Counted from the stretch's first letter, positions 49,131 through 58,538 are shown. The stretch: DNA of 64,000 nt from Methanobacteriota archaeon (GCA_014239955.1 JAAZXW010000021.1:19162-83161), one strand, 5' to 3'. Made by a program: numbers and translations. The notes: generated by a model from the letters alone, not told the origin.

Positions 49131-50369
49131 ATGAGAGGAAATATTTTCGAAGAGATTCTAGGTCAGGATAGTCTCTTTGTAGATAGGAGGGCCTTTGACC
49201 ATGCATTCGAGCCTGCTCGACTGCCTCATCGGGAGCATGAAGTGGACTCCTTGGTTAGGAATCTAGTTGATGCGTTAAACGGCCATATTCCTTCCAATAT
49301 GCTGCTCTATGGAGTTCCGGGATCAGGAAAAACTGTGGTAACAAGATTTGTTCTTGGTCAGTTGAGAGAGAAAGGACTAGAGATGGGGCAGACTGTAAAG
49401 ACTTACGAAATCAACTGTAGGAACGTTGACACCAAATATAGAGTAGTGCAAACCATTGCAACTCAGTTAGCTCAGAGGGGAGATGCTCCCGTTCCATTCA
49501 CCGGATGGCCGACAGACCGGGTTCTTGAGACAGTTGTTTCTAGAATGAGTAGGGTTGGAGGGGTCCATATTATCGTTCTTGATGAAGTAGACAATCTAGT
49601 TAACAAGGGAGGGGATGATCTCCTGTATGCGCTGACTAGCCTCAACACCCTACTGGGGGATGGTAGATGCTCAATAATTGGCATTAGCAATGATCTTCAC
49701 TTCACACAGCACCTAGACCCACGTGTGAGTTCTAGACTAAGTCAGGAAGACATTGTTTTCCATCCCTATGTGGCTACTGAGATTCAGAACATATTGGGTG
49801 AGAGGGCTTCAATGGGGATCAAAGAAGGAGTTCTCGATGAGGGAGTAATCAGACTTTGTTCGGCCCTAGCTGCCCAAGAGCATGGGGATGCAAGGAGGGC
49901 TTTGGATCTACTAAGAATCTCTGTACAGAAAGCAGAACAGAGGTCGGAAGGCAGTGTGGACACCAAGCATGTAAGATTGGCGCAGAGCCAACTAGAATAT
50001 GACCAGGTGACGCCAGTGATCAAGACGCTCCCCCTACATCAAAAATTAGTGCTTTTCTCGATTTGTCTGAATGAGGAAAATGGGTTGAGGAATATTTCAA
50101 CAGGCGAGGTCTACAGGACCTATGCTGAAGCCTGCTCAAAGATTGGCACAGAACCACTGACCACCAGGAGAGTCTCCTCATTACTAAACGAGTTGGACAC
50201 AATGGGGCTGATTATGGCTAGGAATGTAAGCAAGGGCAGGGGAGGCAGGAGCAAGCAAGTTAACTCGGCGATTCCGAAGGCGATTGACGCAATCGGCCTG
50301 ATGAGTGAAAGTGAATCGCTGGTAAATGAGGCGGCGATGTCCAAGTACAATCTTCAGGGGCACCTCTAG
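49131..50369 (+). CDS. cdc6: Orc1/Cdc6 replication initiator
   Basis: LPHRE, YGVPGSGKT, IVLDEVD, IGISND, LDPRVSSRL, HGDARRALDLLR, C-terminal winged helix SKGRGGRS. Confidence 0.96.
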   Translation: MRGNIFEEILGQDSLFVDRRAFDHAFEPARLPHREHEVDSLVRNLVDALNGHIPSNMLLYGVPGSGKTVVTRFVLGQLREKGLEMGQTVKTYEINCRNVDTKYRVVQTIATQLAQRGDAPVPFTGWPTDRVLETVVSRMSRVGGVHIIVLDEVDNLVNKGGDDLLYALTSLNTLLGDGRCSIIGISNDLHFTQHLDPRVSSRLSQEDIVFHPYVATEIQNILGERASMGIKEGVLDEGVIRLCSALAAQEHGDARRALDLLRISVQKAEQRSEGSVDTKHVRLAQSQLEYDQVTPVIKTLPLHQKLVLFSICLNEENGLRNISTGEVYRTYAEACSKIGTEPLTTRRVSSLLNELDTMGLIMARNVSKGRGGRSKQVNSAIPKAIDAIGLMSESESLVNEAAMSKYNLQGHL

Positions 50370-50416
50370 GTTTAGTTCCGGCAACGATTAAACCGAGGCT
50401 TCAGGACGGCGGCTCG

Positions 50417-50953
50417 ATGTCAGAGGGTGGTCAAGAATGGAAGGAAGCCCTGATGAGACCCAGCAGCACTCTTTCGGCTGGATCTTTTATTGTTGGAGTT
50501 TGGATGGCTTTTCTGACGATAATTAATATTGCAGTAGGTGCATATTCCGACGGTAGGAAGGTAAATTGGATTGATTTCATCACCAATGGTGAGAACACTA
50601 GTTCAACTCATGAAATTGCATTGGCATTTCCGGATGATATTCTATTCGGATTACTGAGTTCTTTGCTCATTGGTGCTGGAGTTCTGGGGATGGGTGCGGC
50701 CAGGGAAGATGGTTTCGGAGGTTGGTTCTCAGGATTGCCCCAAGATCGGATGTTGACCAGCCTTTTTTCCACAAAGAACGGGATTGGGAGAACTCTAGCT
50801 AGTTGGATGGTTCTTTCGGGTGCTGGGTATTACATGGTTTGGAGTACAATAGAGTCGACATGGGTTGATCCGGGGGTTTACTCGGTAATGATTTCCTTCG
50901 TGATGATTGGGTTAGGTCTAAATTTGATTCAGGATGCAGCCTCGGAAAATTAA
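50417..50953 (+). CDS. Hypothetical four-TM membrane protein
   Basis: 178 aa with four hydrophobic segments, WVDPGVYS; TTAAA about 28 nt upstream. Confidence 0.65.
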   Translation: MSEGGQEWKEALMRPSSTLSAGSFIVGVWMAFLTIINIAVGAYSDGRKVNWIDFITNGENTSSTHEIALAFPDDILFGLLSSLLIGAGVLGMGAAREDGFGGWFSGLPQDRMLTSLFSTKNGIGRTLASWMVLSGAGYYMVWSTIESTWVDPGVYSVMISFVMIGLGLNLIQDAASEN

Positions 50954-51972
50954 TTGATTTCGAATTCCATTAGGAGATTCCTGCACCTATTCTTGGAGTC
51001 CTCGTCACACCACCTAATCACCACGCCACTGCCTGGTTGACCATAGATTACTACTGATCCAATGGGGGCCAAGGGGTGCAGAAGAAGTGGTGCAAGATCT
51101 TCTTCACCGGTGACTACAATTAGGCTAGTTTCACCATTGTCCCGCCAAGATGAGATTGAGGCTTTGCAAGCCTCTAGAAGTGAGTTTGTCAACGAACCAG
51201 CCGGACTTGCACATTCCAGGAGATTATCATACAATCCGGCATTGATTTCACTCGTCTCTGGCCATTCGACTCGTTTGGTTTTCCCATCGATAAATGCCAA
51301 ATCAGCTGGCCTACCTACTTTTTGGAAACCCAGAACTGTTACATCGCCCACCGCTATTATCGGACCGGTGAAATCTGTAACTTGTGAAATCTTAGAGAGT
51401 GCTTCTATTATCGCAATTGAAGTATCTTCCTCGGGACCCTCAATCAGTTGTCCGAATGGCTTCTTTAACTCATATTCAACCCGAGACGTCAGTGTTGCAT
51501 CGGAATCTATCAATGACTCTGGAATCCATGGTTCCCCTTCCCTATCCATCACTCCGGCCCTAATCTGAGAGCTTGAGATTGGGTTGCCATTCCAGGATAT
51601 AACTCTGTCAACGGAGATGATTTCCAATGGCTCAAGGCCCCTTTCCTCTCTTTGTGAATTTATTTCTAGGCATTTGTCTATTGTCTCATTCGTACAAATT
51701 ATTGCCGTAGCATGCTGATTTTCAAGGGAGGGACCGTGTTTGTCACTGAGTAAATGAATTGAAATTCTGGATGAGTGAGTAGATGTTGCATTTTCCAAAT
51801 CGGCCTTTCTTTCTTCCCAATTCTTTACTAGTCTGTCCTTTGACTGGGCAATCTCATCATCTGTAATCCACACCTCAATCTTTTCACACTGAGATAATCC
51901 AGTTTCAATTAGAGACATGTGACCTGAATGAAATCGATCGAAAGTACCGCCAATCAGTCCGATTCCGTGCAT
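50950..51972 (-). CDS. coaD: Fusion of phosphopantetheine adenylyltransferase and DUF359-type (GTP-dependent) dephospho-CoA kinase
   Basis: N-terminal GGTFDRFHSGH...ISSSQIR; C-terminal LKKPFG, AVGDVT, IDGKTKR, GEEDLAPL, YGQPGSG. Confidence 0.88.
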   Translation of the reverse strand: MHGIGLIGGTFDRFHSGHMSLIETGLSQCEKIEVWITDDEIAQSKDRLVKNWEERKADLENATSTHSSRISIHLLSDKHGPSLENQHATAIICTNETIDKCLEINSQREERGLEPLEIISVDRVISWNGNPISSSQIRAGVMDREGEPWIPESLIDSDATLTSRVEYELKKPFGQLIEGPEEDTSIAIIEALSKISQVTDFTGPIIAVGDVTVLGFQKVGRPADLAFIDGKTKRVEWPETSEINAGLYDNLLECASPAGSLTNSLLEACKASISSWRDNGETSLIVVTGEEDLAPLLLHPLAPIGSVVIYGQPGSGVVIRWCDEDSKNRCRNLLMEFEIN

Positions 51973-52005
51973 CGTCTTCCTACCTATTTGTGGATTTTCT
52001 AAGTG

Positions 52006-52290
52006 TGCCCCGGGGCGTAACGGTAACCTTCACTGCTTCGCTCAGGCTCCTGACCCACCCCAGGACGTCTGTCGAACTGCGGGGTAGTCCCTTGATTCAT
52101 TCTATTCCGTCCTCAGGGGACCTATACGCAATCCGGCCACCCGATTTGCGCCATCGATCATTCTCTCGGAAGAGTCTCGATGGTCTTCGACGGGTGGTCA
52201 CCCATTCCGTGGTACCGTGTTTCACTCTCCACCTCCGGCGAGGGGGTTTCGTCCACACGGTGTTGCCGGTTGGGCAATACTCCGCGGGCA
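52006..52290 (-). ncRNA. Unassigned structured RNA (~285 nt)
   Basis: GC-rich gap between AT-richer genes; complementary termini (TGCCC.../...GGGCA) and several nested stems on the minus strand; family not identified. Confidence 0.6.
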
Positions 52291-52297
52291 GATTTGT

Positions 52298-54928
52298 TCA
52301 AGAACCCAACGGTTGCACCGAAACATCGGTTTCTGATAGTTCCGAGTGGAAGCCAGACTTTCTCAGAATGAGTCTTTCTGAGATATTGATGTCCCCGTCC
52401 ATCATCATAGTCATTGTAAAATTTGGCCATTTCTCATCGGGTTGTGCCAACCATCCCGAAAGCTTGTGAGATCGGCCAATTGAAGGAGTTCTGCCCGCCT
52501 TTACAGATTCCAAGGCTTCAAGCAAATCCCATAGATGATTGAGGTGAGGAGAGGGGTCTGAAACCCCCTTAAATGAACGTAGATAGTTCTGCAGAGGTAC
52601 CACTAATCCGGGATCGCAACCATGGTGTATTGTTGAAGAAAGTCCAGGGGCCTCGGAAATCTCACCTATCGGACGGAGGATTGCTGAACACCATGGAATT
52701 TCGCTGTCGAGGAGTTCATCCACATCTGGACTATTCAATATCATTACTAAGAATTCTGATGAGAAAGGGGACCACCAAGAATTTGGGAGGTCGCGAATAA
52801 ATAGTGAAATATCATTTAGGTTAGCTTCTTTTTTCCCCGAAGAGTGGTCGTGTAGTCTGGACCAAGTGTTTAGATGGTGCCCCTCGGGAAGGCCGGATCC
52901 TATGTCTCTTATTCGGCGAACAGTTCTGTCAAACTCATCTTGAGGCTTTTTTTCAATCCTATGCAGCCACTTGAGGCCGGTTAGGGCATCTAGGGATTCC
53001 CTAGGGGGATGAGATAGCCATGCCTCGACTGCCCAACCAAGAATGTCCGAATACACCTCCTTGGGCAACCATGCTGAGTTTTGTATGAAGTGAGAAGCTA
53101 ACCAAGCTGCCCCACTATTGGCCTGAGTAGGATCTATTGCAGGCCATGATCTGAGAAGATTGTCTGGGTCTGCTCTAAGTTTTGAGGTGATTGTTTTTGA
53201 GAAAATCTGCTTTACTGATTCTGGTGCTTGGTCTGCAAGTTCGGAAATTCTCTCAATTGGCAGATGGTCCAAATCTAAGAGTGCCATCCACTCGGATTCT
53301 AATCTTGTAGATACTCGCTGCCATCTTTGCCACCTGTTTTTTATTGGGGATGCAATCCAAGCTGCTAGTGGATATCTTGCCTCCATCTGATTTGCCCACT
53401 CTTCATCTCCAATGGGGTATTGAGCTATTGCGGACCTAACTATCGTTATCGATGAAGATTCGATTTCGTGTTGGAATTCTTCATTCATTGATGAAATTCC
53501 CAAGATCTCCCAAGGAGAAATCGTTGCACTATCAACTTCTTCAGTGAGATTTGTTGTTTTTCCCTGCTCGACCATTCTGACGGGAATAGTTTCTCCGGAA
53601 CTTGTGCGGAAGCTCAACCATGGCAAGGTTCTGATTTTATCGACCTTTAGGGTGTCGAATGAAGAAAAATGACTGTTCACATTATCCATAATTATCAATC
53701 TGAGACGCTGATTGGAGGCGATTCTGGATAGCAACGATTCTGGTAATTGGTGCTTTAATTCAATTACCAAAGATGTTCCCTTAGTCTCGATAGACCATCG
53801 AATTAGGGATTCAGTTACGGTTTTACCGAGCCCCCTGATATCTATTGATCTAATGCTGGAATCATCAATGGTGAAAGTTCGTCTCCCCCATTCCTTTCTG
53901 AATTTCCTAAGTGTTGATTCTTCTACCTTTACTCTTCTCGAAGTGGAAATACGATCCCTGAGAGAGTTTAGCCGCCTCTTCCTTTCTGTTTCTGAAAGTC
54001 TTGGATGGACAATCTCAATCCAATAATCCAGAGCACCAATTGGATACTCATTGCCAACCATATCCAAGCCACTCAAATCGGCAATAACCAGAGAGTTTGC
54101 TCTAGCCGACCTAAGTAGCACTGAACGAGGGAGTCTCTCCTTAATTATCGCAGCAACTGGCTGAGAAGGCCTAATGTCAGGAGATTTACTATGTGGACAA
54201 CCCAGAATCCATTCACCTCGGTGGTATGTTGGCTCATCTAGTGGAGCTCGTTGAATCTGATCTGGTTGAGTAAACCAAACTCCGGGCGATATGATTGGGC
54301 TTGTGTGGGAATCGAGTAGTTTGGCCCTAACTATTCCAAAAATCGGAGTTTTGTCGGCATATGACTCAATACTTCCCGGACCTGCTAATTCTGGTGGAGC
54401 ATTTAGAACCTCCAAATTGACTCGATCAAACCACCTTGGCAATCGTTCGGAGAGAACTGCCCAGTTCCAAGACACCCATTGGTTTCTGGTGGACGTTGCA
54501 TTTTCTGGGGAAACCTTCTGGATCCGGTTTGGAATTTGCACCATTGTTTCCTTTGGAGGACTCAAAAAACACAGTGTTAGATTTTCTTCGTCCCTAGAAA
54601 GTACACAGCAACTGCCCTTGTCTAATGGCAGATCTTGCAACTCCAATACTTTAGACCACTCATCTCCCTCCAGAATCCCCCATCCCTTCTCGGTTAGGCT
54701 GATTCTTGCCCCTCTGGAGCCCGGGGGGAGATCACTAGTTGCAAGACCGTCTGCCCTCATCCTCTTAATTTCGGCAGAAACGTGAGGCATCCTCAGATTT
54801 GAGTCGAAAGACAGTTCGGACACCGTAGATTCACCCTGTGCTAGTCTTGAAAGTAGTCTTCGACGGTGTTTACTTCTAATTTTTTTAGGTGTCTTTTGAC
54901 TGTCGGCAGGGGAAGGTTCTGACATCAA
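52298..54928 (-). CDS. Large protein with N-terminal ArsR/MarR-like winged helix
   Basis: RRRLLSRLAQGESTVSELS...MPHVSAEIKRMRADGL...ISLTEKG, followed by about 780 aa of Trp-rich sequence of unknown function. Confidence 0.7.
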   Translation of the reverse strand: MMSEPSPADSQKTPKKIRSKHRRRLLSRLAQGESTVSELSFDSNLRMPHVSAEIKRMRADGLATSDLPPGSRGARISLTEKGWGILEGDEWSKVLELQDLPLDKGSCCVLSRDEENLTLCFLSPPKETMVQIPNRIQKVSPENATSTRNQWVSWNWAVLSERLPRWFDRVNLEVLNAPPELAGPGSIESYADKTPIFGIVRAKLLDSHTSPIISPGVWFTQPDQIQRAPLDEPTYHRGEWILGCPHSKSPDIRPSQPVAAIIKERLPRSVLLRSARANSLVIADLSGLDMVGNEYPIGALDYWIEIVHPRLSETERKRRLNSLRDRISTSRRVKVEESTLRKFRKEWGRRTFTIDDSSIRSIDIRGLGKTVTESLIRWSIETKGTSLVIELKHQLPESLLSRIASNQRLRLIIMDNVNSHFSSFDTLKVDKIRTLPWLSFRTSSGETIPVRMVEQGKTTNLTEEVDSATISPWEILGISSMNEEFQHEIESSSITIVRSAIAQYPIGDEEWANQMEARYPLAAWIASPIKNRWQRWQRVSTRLESEWMALLDLDHLPIERISELADQAPESVKQIFSKTITSKLRADPDNLLRSWPAIDPTQANSGAAWLASHFIQNSAWLPKEVYSDILGWAVEAWLSHPPRESLDALTGLKWLHRIEKKPQDEFDRTVRRIRDIGSGLPEGHHLNTWSRLHDHSSGKKEANLNDISLFIRDLPNSWWSPFSSEFLVMILNSPDVDELLDSEIPWCSAILRPIGEISEAPGLSSTIHHGCDPGLVVPLQNYLRSFKGVSDPSPHLNHLWDLLEALESVKAGRTPSIGRSHKLSGWLAQPDEKWPNFTMTMMMDGDINISERLILRKSGFHSELSETDVSVQPLGS

Positions 54929-55178
54929 TAAACACCTTCAGAATAAGTCTATGGAGAAGATAGTAATAAAATGTTCGTTTTTGTTACATTTAGTTATATA
55001 TCTCCAGTGGAAATATGGAACCTACCAATGTGCACTGGAAGAAATAGATAGAATATTGGAACAAAGGTGTCATTATTTGTAACCAAGAAGAAGAAATACA
55101 TACAGAAGCATTATATCACCATCCGCTATCCTGTAAAAAGTGGACAACGTGGGAGTCCCGAAAGAGTAGCGTGAAAAT
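54929..55178. promoter_or_regulatory. AT-rich divergent intergenic region with ORB-like boxes
   Basis: TCCAGTGGAAA at 55003-55013, inverted partial TTCCAGTGCA at 55031-55040, TGGAACAAAGG near 55057-55067; AT-rich tract 54961-55002. Confidence 0.55.
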
Positions 55179-55433
55179 ATGAGGACTACAAGACTAAGAC
55201 AAAAAATCAAGAAATTCTTGGACGAAAGAGGAGAAGCAAATACCACTGAAATACTCGAGCATGTGAACTCGACTATGCGGCATGGAACGACACCCCAACA
55301 GCTTGGAAATGTACTTTCTAAAGACAAGGACATCCTCAAAGTTGCAACCACCAAGAGAGGAGGAGCGCTCTCTGGCAGGTACGAAATATGCGTCTGGCAG
55401 GTTCGCCCTGGAGCATTAGATGAAAAGGCCTAG
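55179..55433 (+). CDS. Small winged-helix protein, DUF3860-like
   Basis: KIKKFL...NTTEILEHVNSTMRHGTTPQQLGNVLSKDKDI...LSGRYEICVW; resembles, from memory, the marine-metagenome DUF3860 family. Confidence 0.7.
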   Translation: MRTTRLRQKIKKFLDERGEANTTEILEHVNSTMRHGTTPQQLGNVLSKDKDILKVATTKRGGALSGRYEICVWQVRPGALDEKA

Positions 55434-56452
55434 ATCTCTAGTTCTTCATTCCAATCGCCACTTCTAGCCAAGCTGTTCATCTTCGCCCTATGAGAGAACG
55501 CTGAGCGGCTAGCAGAGCTGGGGTCTTCTGCATTTTCTGCGGCCCATTTCCCTAGTGCATCGGCCTGAAGTGCCCTCCCATAGGAGTATGATAGTTGCCA
55601 AGGATGTTCGGCATTCATTTTATTCATCAGATTGAGGTGTGCTGTAGCATCTTCATCCGACTGCCCGCCTGAAAGGAATACTATCCCAGGGAGGTTATGC
55701 GGGACATGTTTCGTAAGGCATTCGACAGTCATCCGAGCCACTTCTTCTCTAGAAATTTGGTTATTGCAACCCTTTCCCGCGATAATCATGTTTGGCTTCA
55801 GAAGTGCTCCAGGAATATGGACCCCTTGTTTCTCACATTCTGAGAATGTAGCATCGAGAATCGAGGATGTTACTTCTTGGCACCGATTAGCATCATGATC
55901 GCCATCCATCAGAACCTCAGGTTCAATGATGGGGACTAGTCCTTGCTCTTGGCAGATTACAGAATATCTTGCAAGGGCATGGGCATTTGTGGAAATGCAT
56001 GCCGGACTCGGGAGTCCGTCACCGATCCTAATTACGGCACGCCACTTGGCGAACCTTGCCCCCATAGAGAAGTATTCGGCACATCGTTCCCTAAGTCCGT
56101 CTAGTCCCTCGGTAATCTTCTCACCTTGATGATTAGCCAGTTCCTTTGCCCCAGTGTCAACTTTTATCCCGGGTAAAATACCCCTTCGGGACAGTTCTTC
56201 GGGAATAGGGGTCCCGTCATCCATCGATTGACGAATTGTCTCGTCAAATAGAATAACGCCGCTGATTGCCGACTCATAACCATCAGCGGAGAAGAGGTTT
56301 GTGCGATATTTCCTTCTGGCATCGGGAGAAGGTTTCACGCCAACGGCCTCAAGGCGGTTTGACATGGTTCCATTGCTCTCGTCGGCAGCCAGAATCCCCC
56401 TTCCGGGAGAAACTAATTCTCTCGCATTTTTCTCCAATAATTGCCTATCCAT
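55430..56452 (-). CDS. Fructose-bisphosphate aldolase class I (Pfam Glycolytic type)
   Basis: GILAADES, ILFDET, GIKVDTG, FAKWR, PIIEPEVL, LLKPNM (Schiff-base Lys), FLSGGQ, SYGRALQ. Confidence 0.93.
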   Translation of the reverse strand: MDRQLLEKNARELVSPGRGILAADESNGTMSNRLEAVGVKPSPDARRKYRTNLFSADGYESAISGVILFDETIRQSMDDGTPIPEELSRRGILPGIKVDTGAKELANHQGEKITEGLDGLRERCAEYFSMGARFAKWRAVIRIGDGLPSPACISTNAHALARYSVICQEQGLVPIIEPEVLMDGDHDANRCQEVTSSILDATFSECEKQGVHIPGALLKPNMIIAGKGCNNQISREEVARMTVECLTKHVPHNLPGIVFLSGGQSDEDATAHLNLMNKMNAEHPWQLSYSYGRALQADALGKWAAENAEDPSSASRSAFSHRAKMNSLARSGDWNEELEI

Positions 56453-56529
56453 CTGCCTTCCTCGATAAAGTGGAAAACGTTCTGAGAAAAGAAACCATCG
56501 TCAAGCGAAACAGAGGCATAAAACGGATC

Positions 56530-57489
56530 CTATGACGGAACTATTGTTGAAGAAAAGTAGTGATTATTGGAATTCACATCGATTATCTCTGAATTGACCC
56601 TGTGTCTGCCATCTTCCAGGACTTCCACGCACTTTGTCCTACCATCACATACCCCAGAACCAATGAAGACTGAATCGTCGGTAGAGCAAAGTTCGTCTCG
56701 GGCCCAGATTCTCTCGATATCCCCATCAATCATTTTCTCTGCCCTCTCCCTATGTCCATCGTTCTTGAAGACAAGCCGTCCTTCGAAGGGGGCCCCTAGA
56801 CCCCTCAATGCAGTAGCTGTGATCACTCCTTCTGGAGCGGCCCCAATACCCATTAGCATATCTATTTCTGAATTCGGATCAGCGGCATTTAGAGCTGCAG
56901 CGATATCTCCATCGCCAATCAATATAGGTTTGACTCCGAGATCCTTTAAGTCCCTGATTAGCCCCTCGTGCCTAGGCCTGTCCATGACTACAACATGCAT
57001 TTCCTCAGGTCTCTTTCCTAATGCCCCAGAGGCTCCTTCGATGTTGTAATCGACGTCTGCCTCCAGACTAGTGACGCCAGAAATTTCCGCGGGTCCTGCA
57101 ATCTTGTCCATGTAACAGTCTGGAGCATGCAAAAGAGACCCGCGTGGACCTGCCGCGAGTACAGCCATCGCATTTGGTAAATCCGAAGCTACGTGATTTG
57201 TGCATTCCAGGGGGTCGACTGCAATGTCTATCGAAGGGGCGGTCGGATCTCCTTGTTTTGATCCGAGAGGCTCGCCGATCCATAGCATGGGGGCATCGTC
57301 CCTCTCCCCTTCACCAATGGCAACCCTGCCATCGAATGGTACTGAGTCGAAGACTGCACGCATTGCTTCAACTGCTGCTCCATCCGCAGCCTTGCCATCC
57401 CCGAGTCCCCTCCATTTTGATGCAGCAATGGCTGCGGCCTCTGTAGCCTTCAAGAATTCAGGTATCAGGTCGGCTGTTGACACAGCCAT
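56530..57489 (-). CDS. glpX: Fructose-1,6-bisphosphatase class II
   Basis: TEAAA, ADGAAV, IGEGERDDAPML, IAVDPLE, YMDK, DRPRH, GDGD, GAAPEGV. Confidence 0.92.
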   Translation of the reverse strand: MAVSTADLIPEFLKATEAAAIAASKWRGLGDGKAADGAAVEAMRAVFDSVPFDGRVAIGEGERDDAPMLWIGEPLGSKQGDPTAPSIDIAVDPLECTNHVASDLPNAMAVLAAGPRGSLLHAPDCYMDKIAGPAEISGVTSLEADVDYNIEGASGALGKRPEEMHVVVMDRPRHEGLIRDLKDLGVKPILIGDGDIAAALNAADPNSEIDMLMGIGAAPEGVITATALRGLGAPFEGRLVFKNDGHRERAEKMIDGDIERIWARDELCSTDDSVFIGSGVCDGRTKCVEVLEDGRHRVNSEIIDVNSNNHYFSSTIVPS

Positions 57490-57507
57490 GTGAGGAGGTT
57501 ATGGAAT

Positions 57508-57966
57508 TCAACCCTGTGGGTGGGATTTCTTCTTTCTCAAGACTCTGATATCCTCAATTGACACATCAGGATACTGCCCATTTTCATCCTTCTCAATTGG
57601 CTTTAGCATGTCCCATGCGCAGAGCAATCCTGCACTTACCCCACAAAGAGCCTCCATCTCCACTCCCGTAGTCCAGTGTGTCCGAACTGTAACTGTACAA
57701 CGCAGATTTCTCCCTTCTATTTTCCAATCGACATTGCAACCCTCAATAGGGATTGGGTGGCAATGAGGAAGAGTACGAGATGTCTCCTTGACGGCTTGGA
57801 TTGCTGATATTGTTGAGGCTTCTCGGACATCTCCCTTAGGGGAATTTCCATTGATGACTGAATCAACAGACTCGGTGGAGAGGTGTATTAATCCAGTAGC
57901 GGTGGCTTCCCGTTCAACTATTGGTTTAGAACCAACATCGACTATTCCAGACCAAGCCTCGTCCAT
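57508..57966 (-). CDS. moaC: Cyclic pyranopterin monophosphate synthase
   Basis: VDVGSK..REATA, KGDV, AVKET..LPHCHP, TGVEMEAL, WDMLK; start at ATG 57966. Confidence 0.92.
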   Translation of the reverse strand: MDEAWSGIVDVGSKPIVEREATATGLIHLSTESVDSVINGNSPKGDVREASTISAIQAVKETSRTLPHCHPIPIEGCNVDWKIEGRNLRCTVTVRTHWTTGVEMEALCGVSAGLLCAWDMLKPIEKDENGQYPDVSIEDIRVLRKKKSHPQG

Positions 57967-58042
57967 TGTCTCACTATGCCTCCGAGAAGGCACTCACTAT
58001 TCAGAGGCTCGGAGTCGAAGCAAGAATCTAGAATCCGATACC

Positions 58043-58462
58043 TCATCCCAGACCAGCCTTCCAGAACTCACCGTCCTCACGGATCTCCTTCTTCCACAGA
58101 GGGGCTTGTTTCTTTAACTCAGAAATCAACCATGCACAAGCTGAGAAACCCTCCTCCCTGTGAGCGGAACCAACATGAATGCAGACTATGTTTTCACCTG
58201 GCTCGACTGAACCAATCCGATGGGCAATGACAACAGATCTAACCCCAAACTCAGATAATGCCTCATTTGCGAGTCTATGAAGAACGTTTGGCAGTTCTTC
58301 CCCCCATGCATCAAATTCTAGACCCTTCACAACAAAGCCATCCTCTTCCCCCCTGGTCACTCCTACGAAGCTCACTATACTTCCACAACCTTGTGAATCA
58401 ATCAAGCCCCTCAGTTTAGCGATATTGAGTGATTTGCTGGCTACCTCGATATGGACGGCCAC
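58043..58462 (-). CDS. moaE: Molybdopterin synthase catalytic subunit
   Basis: GSIVSFVGVTR, HRIG, SAHREEGF, LKKQAPLWKKE. Confidence 0.92.
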   Translation of the reverse strand: MAVHIEVASKSLNIAKLRGLIDSQGCGSIVSFVGVTRGEEDGFVVKGLEFDAWGEELPNVLHRLANEALSEFGVRSVVIAHRIGSVEPGENIVCIHVGSAHREEGFSACAWLISELKKQAPLWKKEIREDGEFWKAGLG

Positions 58463-58538
58463 AGCACCCCATGAGATTTCTCGCTTGAAATCGACGGATG
58501 ACCCAACTGTTCAAGCGAGCATCATGATTCGCAATATT

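Noticed and set aside
52006-52290. Calling the structured element RNase P RNA, SRP RNA, a hammerhead ribozyme or a cobalamin riboswitch
   Set aside because: Only fragments match: a helix-8-like word, GGACGAAAC and CTGAGGA without a joining stem II, and GTCAGGAGCCTG without a B12 box. No family's full architecture could be fitted by eye.
51990-52469. 159-aa plus-strand ORF and 90-aa minus-strand ORF over the structured element
   Set aside because: No recognisable motifs, and both overlap the 876-aa gene; base-pairing explains the sequence better.
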